Of a DNA stretch of 64,000 nt, positions 55,196 through 64,000 are shown one piece after another. Under the pieces are notes generated by a model that had not been told where the DNA came from, did not search any database, and saw nothing but the letters and a program-made list of their open reading frames with translations. The position numbers and the translations under genes were made by a program. The first letter of the stretch is position 1. Each line of letters begins with the position of its first letter. Origin of the DNA: Octopus sinensis (Eukaryota); assembly GCF_006345805.1 (NCBI RefSeq), contig NC_043003.1, forward strand, positions 107,632,001 to 107,696,000. The letters run 5' to 3'.

Positions 55196-55353
55196 GTCGC
55201 AGCGTTACTCATTTTTACCAGCTGAGTGGACTGGAGCAACGTGAAATGAAGTGTTTTGCTCAGGAACACAACGCGTCGCCCGGTCCAGGAATCGAAACCA
55301 CAATCTTACAATCATTATGCTGACACCCTCACCACTAAGGTACGCGCCTCCAC
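55196..55353 (-). mobile_element. SINE family C (OR-like) 5' part with tRNA-like head
   Basis: Minus strand gtggaggcgcgtaccttagtggtgagggtg..ggtttcgattcctgg (A and B boxes). Confidence 0.85.
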
Positions 55354-57827
55354 AAACACACACACACACACACACACAAACACAAACAAACAGACATGCA
55401 TTCGTACATACATATATATATACATTTATACACGTATATATATAAAGAAAGACAGCTATAAATACATTTATTTCTGCAAATATACAGAACTTTATATAAA
55501 TCAATCTCTCCTACACCACATAACTACATATACAAAGACATATGGAGAGAAATAGAAAATAAGAGTGAGAAAGAGAGAGAGAGAGAGAAGGAGAGGAGAG
55601 AAAGAGAGAGAGAGAAGGAGAGGAGAGAAAGAGAGTGAGAGAGAGTGCGTGAGAGAAAGAGAGGAGAGAGAGGGAGAAGGAGAGGAGAGAAAGTGAGAGA
55701 GAAAGGGGAGTAAGAGAGAGAGAGAGAGAGAGAGATACAAAAAGAAGAGAAAGTTGAAGAAAAAGACTCAAAAACAAGAAAAGTCGGGAAAAAACAGAAT
55801 GATTTTTGTTTGTGATTATTAACGCAGATGCCCAAGATAAGTCGTCAGAGTTAAGACACATCTTAATATGAAAATAAAACTTGCAAAGATGCTGAAGCAT
55901 TAAATAATCTGTAACGAAGCCAGCGGGCAAACCAGCATTTTTATCTCTTACAGTTTATCTGTGGTCAGTTGAGTTGTTTGAAAAGGTTACGTTTCTTAAG
56001 TTGGTAACCGATATGATCTTTCAGCGCGAGTTATCGCGGATCTGTTTGTCTCAGGAGAGTCATAATGTTTATATCATAATCTTTATACCATATGTTTTGA
56101 ACAACGCTATTCTACAGAGAACTGAAGCACAGCTGGAAATTTCCGCTCGGAATTAAAAAAAAAAAATTCACTTAAGAAATTAGGGCTTCTCGCTCTAGAG
56201 GAGAAATAGCCGAATGGATAAAGTATTGGATAAACAAGAAGAATTTTCTTTTCTTTTCCTTTTTACTTTTAGTTTTGAGCTGCCTTACTTAATTTTGTAT
56301 GGTTTTTCTTTAGTATTGTTTACCTTAATTCGATACAAATTTAATCTCGATTCATAAAATTCATCGTTCTTCCTACATTAAGTTAGTATTTGCTTCACTA
56401 TTAAATAAACAGATTGTATATGCTGTGAATTTGTATCTGTTGCTGAGAGTTTCATCACATCTTTGTGTAAGACACTGGTTTTTTAAAAGTCGTAGTTCAA
56501 ATACCTGTCGTCTATAAGACAGTACATATGTGAACCTTTCTCATGCCCCATGTTTATATGGGAAAAGGGATGCACATCCACTGCTCCACAAATTACATTT
56601 ATAATACAAAAAATTGAGCTAAGACTTACAAGCTAACAAAACATTGCTAAAAAAACTAAGTTTTTCCATTTCTTAGAGACAGGGAGCTCTATTTAAAGCT
56701 CAATTGGATATTGAATGTATTAAGTGTCTTGGCTATGATCAGACTACAACTATAGTGTTATGATACAAACTAACAAAAAACTCAGCAGTCCACCGGCACT
56801 GCATCCAATAGGCCTAAACAGTTGCGATTCAAAGAGATGGGAACGAATTATAAATTCTATTTTCCAAATACTAAAATGAAATAAGAGTTATATATATAAA
56901 CACATATATTCAAAGAGTAGTGTTTATCATTGTGTTTGGCTGACTGCACAAATGTATCTTTCCTATAGCTATAACATAATGCATTTGAATCGACGAGGGA
57001 GTTTCTAAATATTCACTCGACCACCTGCTAGCAATGGTGGCTAAATTTCCCTAAAACTGAATCTTGCTATCTTCAAAAGGAACACTTTAAATGAATTTTC
57101 CCAAGGTATGCTATGCCTTTAAAATGTCTGCATTTGGGTCTAATAAGCAGTAATCCTATATGAACAGCATCAACAACTTCAGTAAGCTACGAACTGTTAA
57201 GAACGATATGCATACCCCAAAGAATATACACAGCTGGATCAAACTTTGACGAGGAGACGGTGTTTGTAATCTGTTCAAAGATTAGCATCATGGTGTTGGC
57301 AACATTTTATATTTAAATGGGAAGCTATTTGGGGAGATTAAAACATAATTTGGCCAGACAAAGAATTGAAGTTAAATGAAAAATGTAAATAGGAACTTTG
57401 ACGGTAGATTTAATCTCAAAATTTATAACAAAAGAGCATAAATTTGACTACGTAGGTTTATTGATTTTGAAAACAAGCGTTAGGCATTACCAAAAAAAAA
57501 AAAAAAAGAACGTCTTCACAGAATATAGAAATATAATGTATTTGCATGATATCAAGGTGGGTTCGATTATTCTGAAGTTGTGTTTATCTACTAATGACAT
57601 TTATTGGAGATCCGCTGCTAGTCGGATCTGCACTAATCTCCAATAGCCGTTTAGATGTCAGACTACTGAGCAAAATGCTAAAAGTTTAGTTACGTGTGTT
57701 TCTTAGATAGAACTGTGCTGTGTCTATGACCAAAACAGCTAATTCACAAATTCCTCACTTTTTCAAAGCTGTAAAATCAGAATAACGAGTAGCTAAACAT
57801 GAATATTTTAAATCATTGGTAACTTAC

Positions 57828-57999
57828 CTGATTAGGAAAACATTATTTTTCTTCTCTTCACATTTGTATCTGACTTTACCATTTGCTGAATCGTAGGTGA
57901 CCATAACACGTTGGCGTATTCGCAAGAAATTGGTTTTGTTACCGCCAGAAAAATACCATTTGTCTCGTAACTCTGCGCTGATATCACAACATGAAGATT
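57828..57999 (-). CDS. Host gene exon A (phase 1 to 2): xSSCCDISAELRDKWYFSGGNKTNFLRIRQRVMVTYDSANGKVRYKCEEKKNNVFLI(R/S)
   Basis: Acceptor ttttgtgcgtgtttgtttctaatctcgctctag, consensus donor CAG|gtaagt; 172-bp open frame with non-repetitive composition. Confidence 0.8.
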
Positions 58000-58309
58000 C
58001 TAGAGCGAGATTAGAAACAAACACGCACAAAAAAATCACATCATTAAAATAGTTGTTATAAGAAATTGTTAGTTTTCCGTTAGAAAGAAATGTGATGTTA
58101 TATCAAAATTATGTCGATGTTCGGTCATGTTTCGGTCATTCAAACCCTAACTAGATGTTCAAGCTGTACAAAAACTCAAGAAAACAAACATAGCCTTTAA
58201 CCTAAAAGGACAAGAAAAGAAAGCACAGCAAAATTCCTTATTAAATATGTCAACACTTCACCCAACGTAAAAGATATTTATAAAATTATATCTGTTATCT
58301 TTTCTTTTA

Positions 58310-58700
58310 TTCTTTACTTATTTCAGTCATTAGGCTACGGCCATACTGGGGCACCGCCTCGAATGAATTGAACCCAGTAATTATATTCTAAAAATGCCTG
58401 GTACTTATTCAATTGGTCTTTTTTGCCGAACCGCTAAGTTATGAGGACGTAAACACACCAACATCGAGCGGTGGTGGTGGTGGTGGGGGGGGGGACAAAC
58501 ACAGGCACATAAACACACACCCATAGATATAGATATATATTCGACAGGTTTTTTTCAGTTTCAGTCTACCAAATCCACTCACAAGGCTTTGGTCGGCCCG
58601 AGGCTATAATAGAATACACTTGCCCAAGGTGCCACGCAGTAGGACTGAATCCAGAACCATGTGGTTGAGAAGCAAGCTTCTTACCACACAGCCACGTCTG
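58310..58700 (-). mobile_element. SINE family B, near full length
   Basis: Reverse-complement match from head to tail. Confidence 0.88.
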
Positions 58701-59164
58701 CGCATATATAGTACGAGTTAAATTAAAATTGCATGACAGATAACTCTCATTAGAACTCTGTGTGTATTTCTGTATACCCCAAGGTGCATGAGTGCAACTG
58801 TGAGGGGGACTCGTTTTATAGTCCAAGTCTCATTTGGTTGGATACTACAGTTGAATAGCACATACAATACATACAGAAAGCGAAACAATAGAGGACCTAA
58901 CTTAATATTTTAGAAACAAACACAAGCTCTTCTTTTTCTTTCCCTTTCTACACCCCATGCACCCATCGACTCTCACATATACTCACATACATATTACCAC
59001 GCGCACCCATAATATTCGCGTATGAATGAGAATTCCACAGGTTCGTGTATCTTTCGCGGAATTCTCTGCCAGAGCGTGCATAACGAAGCGTACGACAAGG
59101 CTAGATCCCGTTGACACAGATCATTTGACGTTCGCCTGGCAACCATGTAGTTTCGGGTTTAGTC

Positions 59165-59307
59165 GCACTGTGCAGCACCTTGGGCAAGGGAGTGAATTTG
59201 GCAGAAGGAAATTGTGTAGAAGCCCGTCGTATATATATATAATATATATATATATATAAATATACATATATATATATATATAATATATATTATATATATA
59301 TATATAT

Positions 59308-59341
<34 letters not shown>

Positions 59342-59585
59342 ATATGTATATACACATTCATACGCATATATATGTATCTATATATACGCACGCACAAACA
59401 CACACACATACACGCACACACACACACACAAACACATACACACATATATGTATTTGTGCGTCTGTGTTTGTCCCCCCCACCGATAAAATAAGTAATAGGC
59501 TTACAAAGAATAAGTCCTGGGGTCGATTTATTCGACTAAAAGGCAGTGCTCCAGCTTGGCCGCAGTCAAATGACAGAAACAAGTA
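59165..59585 (+). mobile_element. SINE family B with expanded (TA)n, internally deleted
   Basis: caccttgggcaag..agaagcccgtcg(TA)n..caaagaataagtcctggggtcgat..gcagtcaaatgac. Confidence 0.82.
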
Positions 59586-59595
59586 AAAAATAAAA

Positions 59596-59638
<43 letters not shown>

Positions 59639-59685
59639 TAAATAAATAAATGGAGTTGAACGAAGATGTTAACAAAATTCCTTTA

Positions 59686-59767
59686 CTCTCGACATATGTT
59701 TCGAAGACAACATGGTTTTATTCCAAAGGAATAAACAGTGCAAGATGCAATCTTCTCATCAGGAAAG
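59686..59767 (-). ncRNA. Type I hammerhead ribozyme in Naiad pseudo-LTR, intact core
   Basis: Stem I CUUUC/GAGAG, CUGAUGA (59762-56), stem II GAAGA/UCUUC enclosing extra hairpins, GAAAC-AUAU-GUC with palindromic helix III; predicted cut between 59691 and 59690. Confidence 0.85.
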
Positions 59768-60044
59768 AAAGGGAGCCTCTCTCAACAACAAGACAAAACA
59801 AAAATTGCGATGGCTGCCTACATGGTAAACAAAACGATAATAAGTGTTTAAAAAAACCGTTAGTAGAAATGACGTCAAAGTTAGATAGTAGGAAGAGAAG
59901 GATTAATGGAATAATAGATAGGGAAACAAGTAGGAAGGGAGGAGTACGTTGATTAGAAGAATGTTCAAAGGCTTAGGAAAGAATTTCGCTATTGAAGTGG
60001 AGTTCACGTTAAGCTAATTTTTTGAACTATGATGACTATCGAAA

Positions 60045-60434
60045 TCATTTATATGAATAAAAAGTACGTTTCTGCCAGTGTTTACATTTGTACGATTTCT
60101 CTATGAGTGTGTTTACGAGGGGAACCTCAGAGAAGAGAATATGGAAGAGTTTAGAGTTGCAAATGTTACAAAATCTCCTGCCCTTATCAAAAGGAAGGGA
60201 TACAGACAGTATGAACCAATCTAACTTATAATCTATATTATTGTCTTTAAGACGCCAAACTAATTTACTTAGCCCTGTACTATGTCGTTTTTTACTATCT
60301 CTAAATGTCGAATAATGGTTTGAAATTCTTTTGGATAACTGGGAAGTGGACGCACCTATATAGAAGAAGACATCGGTACCGGAAGAAATTTTACACTGGT
60401 AAATAGAATTCTTAATCTTAGAATTACTAGACAA
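60045..60434 (-). pseudogene. GIY-YIG endonuclease domain of the Naiad PLE
   Basis: SIYQCKI..FYIGAST..KRISNH..TGLSKLVWRLK..W.I..CNIC..N..E..C.H. Confidence 0.88.
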
Positions 60435-60596
60435 AAATTTAATTCTGTTGGGGTTGTCCTCCGAGACCGAAACGAAGTTTTTATTGCTTTGATTATTGTC
60501 ACTGATATTACTAGCACCACCAACGACACTATTCCTATATTATTACTATTGACATTACCATTGTTATTAACACAACTATTACTATTATTATTATTA

Positions 60597-60650
<54 letters not shown>

Positions 60651-61117
60651 CATTGTTAAAACTATCACTACTTACATTACTATTACCATTAATACTATTC
60701 CTATTATTATGATTGTATGAGACGTTGGAATTGGCAAGATTAATGCTGGAACTCCCGGGTGAAGAACCTTTATTTAGCAGTTTGGTACTGTGAGAAGATA
60801 TGATTTGTGAAAGATTTCTAGTGTTAGAGAAAGTGATTCTAACTATGTGTGAATTGATAATAGAATAATATCTAGAATTTTTGTGAAATTTCCTAGCAAC
60901 AGCTTCACGGAACTGCAAGGGAAGGTCCGATTTAATTTGTTTTCCGAAAGGTATTACGAACCAGATACAGTTCTTAGTGACTTTTGACTTGTACGTAGTG
61001 TTATTTGTAAAAGTAAGGGGAAAATTTCTGGGTTGGAAATTTGGGGTTAAATGGCGCTTACCTCCCCTGGTCCGTAAAGAATTAATATTATGTATTGGGC
61101 TGCTTGCACTATTAGAA

Positions 61118-62531
61118 TTAAAAAACGCTATTCCTATTACAAATAACTATTTTATTTGGAGAAGCAGATGTTAGTTTAGAATGAGCTGAATCGGTGTATG
61201 ACACTTTCTCTTTATAGCCGGCTATAAAAATGTCAACATTGGCAGATAACTTAGACAGTCTCAGAGATATGTTTTTGACTAAATTATCGGTAACAGCCCT
61301 AGCATGATTACTGTAAAGGCTAATATACTTAAGATTTGTGGAAGGTTTATGATATGGGAAGTATGAGTTATCCTGTAAATTGAGGGTAGTGTCTAAGAAG
61401 TTGGCTTTAGTTAACTCATCGTCAAAAACGATGCACAAGCCCATTCTACTAAAAAACCTAACCAATCTATTCTTAACCATCTGTATTTTTGGGTTTGAAA
61501 TGTTTTGGAGGTAAAGCAGACAATCGTCGCGATAAAGACCTCCGCAGATGTCCGGGAACTGGTCGGCCATTTCATAAAGAATATATATTCCGACCAAATC
61601 GGCTATCTGGGCGCTGTCTGTACTTCCCATTAGTACATCAAACGCATTAGGAGTATCACTGCGGACCCACAACTTGCTGTCGAACTGGATGAATGATTTC
61701 CTAGCAGTCAGTATCACATTAATTTCTTCCCTAGAGAGGCCTGCCTTATTGTGTGCGTGCCATAGGGCCTTATTAAGTATAATAGGGTTGATTGAAGAAT
61801 AGAAACTAGATATATCGAAATGAATAAATTTAGTGTTGGCCTTATCAGTAATAGAAGTAAACCAATCTACGACTTGAACAGAATTGGACCATAAGCTAAG
61901 TTTTAATTTATTAATTAATGTAGGGATATACTTATCTAATATGTATTTACTAAGAGTACCGATGTCTGAGCTGGAAGGGCATATAAGTCGCAATGCTGGG
62001 TTAGTATGAAAGTTCTGCTTGTGGTCTTTTAAAATGAACCTGGGTTGTCTGGGGTTCAATGGTTCAGTCTTCATCTGTAATCCGTAAGTATCCATAATTC
62101 CTTTAGCTTTTAGGTTAGCCTGCCCGAGAGTATTCCTACTGGTGGTCTTGTAATTTTTATGGATCTCCTTTTCGAGCAGTTCCAAATAGTGGCTTTTGGT
62201 AAGCTTATAGATGTTTCCGGCTTTATCCGATTGAACCAGGATGCAATCTAAGTTATTTATATCTCTAGAGACGTTATTAAGGCATCTGAGGTGCTTATTC
62301 CTGAGGAGTGATCTATGAAATTTAATATTCTTTACGATGGCCCAAAGATCATCTTCGAATTTCTTCAATCTAGGATTAGGTGGAGGAGTACCCTTCGATT
62401 TAGATAGTTTTTTTATGTTCGTTAGAGATGTCGTTACTGGTCTGTTTTAGGTCCTCATTGTCGTGGAAGAAGGCGAGCCATCTGATGCGGATGATAAATG
62501 CATTCGTCTTATTGATGAGTTCCTTAAGGAA
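61118..62531 (-). pseudogene. Reverse transcriptase of the Naiad PLE (frameshifted)
   Basis: 416-aa ORF 61118-62368 plus an upstream frameshifted piece FLKELINKTNAFIIRIRWLAFF. Confidence 0.92.
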
Positions 62532-62728
62532 AGCTTTTTGTTAACATCTTCGTTCAACTCCATTTATTTATTTATTCATATATAACACACAAATTTCTGC
62601 ACATGAACCCGGAGTTTCTACCCTTGGACAGGTCGCTTCAACCGTGTTTCTGACGTGAATTTGCTACCCTGGTAACGGTTCATCGAATTTTCCATGTTGA
62701 CGGTAAACATAGGATTATTCATTTACCT

Positions 62729-62778
<50 letters not shown>

Positions 62779-62808
<30 letters not shown>

Positions 62809-63366
62809 TGTATGTATGTATGTATGTATGTATGTATTTTGGTTTGTTTCTGCCTCCACCACATAGCGATTCGGCATACAATAAGCCCCAGATTTAAAAA
62901 AATAAGCACTGGGGTTTGATTTGTTCGACCATAACCCTTGTCAAATGACTGAAACAACCCAAAATAAATGAGCGAAACAAAAAACAAACAAACAAACAAA
63001 AAAAACCCAAAAGAAACAAAAACAAAAGGTTAATACAGTAACTGGAACATTGTAGAGCTATGTAGTGTTGCGTTCTACTTATATAAAGGAATGCATTACT
63101 GTGTTGAAAAACAGCGTTGTGCAGTATATTACTTTGATTAATTCATGCTTCAACAAGACGTTAGTTTAAGCCTCAATGCAATAACTTATCCAATATTCAA
63201 AGATTACCACAAAGACTGCTTGGTTTGTTCGGTTCGTGCGATTTTAGACTTTGCACCTGATACCACGTGGAGCTAGGAACGTGTTCTGCTAGAAAGTCGA
63301 GGTGATGTAATAAGTTGTGAGGCATTACGTAAATACAAATATATTAGAGAATAGATATGTCTATAA

Positions 63367-63399
<33 letters not shown>

Positions 63400-63962
63400 T
63401 GTATGTATGTATGTTGTATGTATGTATGTATTTTGGTTTGTTTCTGCCTCCACCACATAGCGATTCGGCATACAATAAGCCCCAGATTTAAAAAAATAAG
63501 CACTGGGGTTTGATTTGTTCGACCATAACCCTTGTCAAATGACTGAAACAACCCAAAATAAATGAGCGAAACAAAAAACAAACAAACAAACAAAAAAAAA
63601 ACCCAAAAGAAACAAAAACAAAAGGTTAATACAGTAACTGGAACATTGTAGAGCTATGTAGTGTTGCGTTCTACTTATATAAAGGAATGCATTACTGTGT
63701 TGAAAAACAGCGTTGTGCAGTATATTACTTTGATTAATTCATGCTTCAACAAGACGTTAGTTTAAGCCTCAATGCAATAACTTATCCAATATTCAAAGAT
63801 TACCACAAAGACTGCTTGGTTTGTTCGGTTCGTGCGATTTTAGACTTTGCACCTGATACCACGTGGAGCTAGGAACGTGTTCTGCTAGAAAGTCGAGGTG
63901 ATGTAATAAGTTGTGAGGCATTACGTAAATACAAATATATTAGAGAATAGATATGTCTATAA

Positions 63963-63995
<33 letters not shown>

Positions 63996-64000
63996 TGTAT
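62779..64000. repeat. ~595-bp tandem repeat, 2 full units plus start of a third
   Basis: ggtttgtttctgcc at 62841 and 63435; ggtgatg at 63301 and 63897. Units differ only in (TATG)n and poly-A lengths and contain a SINE B tail fragment. Confidence 0.93.

Larger units (their letters stand above)
59629..62584 (-). mobile_element. Penelope-like element, Naiad/Chlamys-type, near full length with inverted 5' terminus
   Basis: RT with KDHKQNF, RLICP, FDISSFYSSI, FDVLMGSTDSAQIADLVG, GLYRDDC, NFLD; IWF..F thumb; C-terminal GIY-YIG; hammerhead in 3' pLTR; 49-bp perfect terminal inverted repeat. Confidence 0.9.

Noticed and set aside
59629-62584. Possible selenoprotein Naiad (some Naiads use UGA-Sec with a SECIS)
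   Set aside because: No in-frame UGA inside the RT or EN frames, breaks are frameshifts, and no SECIS-like hairpin was seen in the 3' UTR.

Overview
AT-rich, microsatellite-dense eukaryotic DNA. Its SINE families and repeat landscape suggest an octopus/coleoid cephalopod genome (inference). Most of the window appears to be introns of one minus-strand gene. Four exons are well supported (57999-57828, 46153-46025, 28303-28198, 4908-4790) plus two weaker ones, and they encode two copies of an unrecognised ~120-aa Cys/Trp repeat domain. The introns hold: a near full-length R4/Dong-type LINE in a (TAA)n tract; two Tx1-clade LINE copies associated with (TATC)n; a near-complete Naiad-clade Penelope-like element (PLE) with an inverted terminus and an intact hammerhead ribozyme; a Neptune-like GIY-YIG PLE 3' end; a DD37E (TRT-like) Tc1 relic; five mariner copies; RTE fragments; and many tRNA-derived SINEs. 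Five hammerhead-ribozyme-like motifs were found (two with intact cores, three degenerate). A ~595-bp tandem repeat runs off the right end. No rRNA, true tRNA or CRISPR array was seen. All transposon ORFs are frameshifted or truncated.
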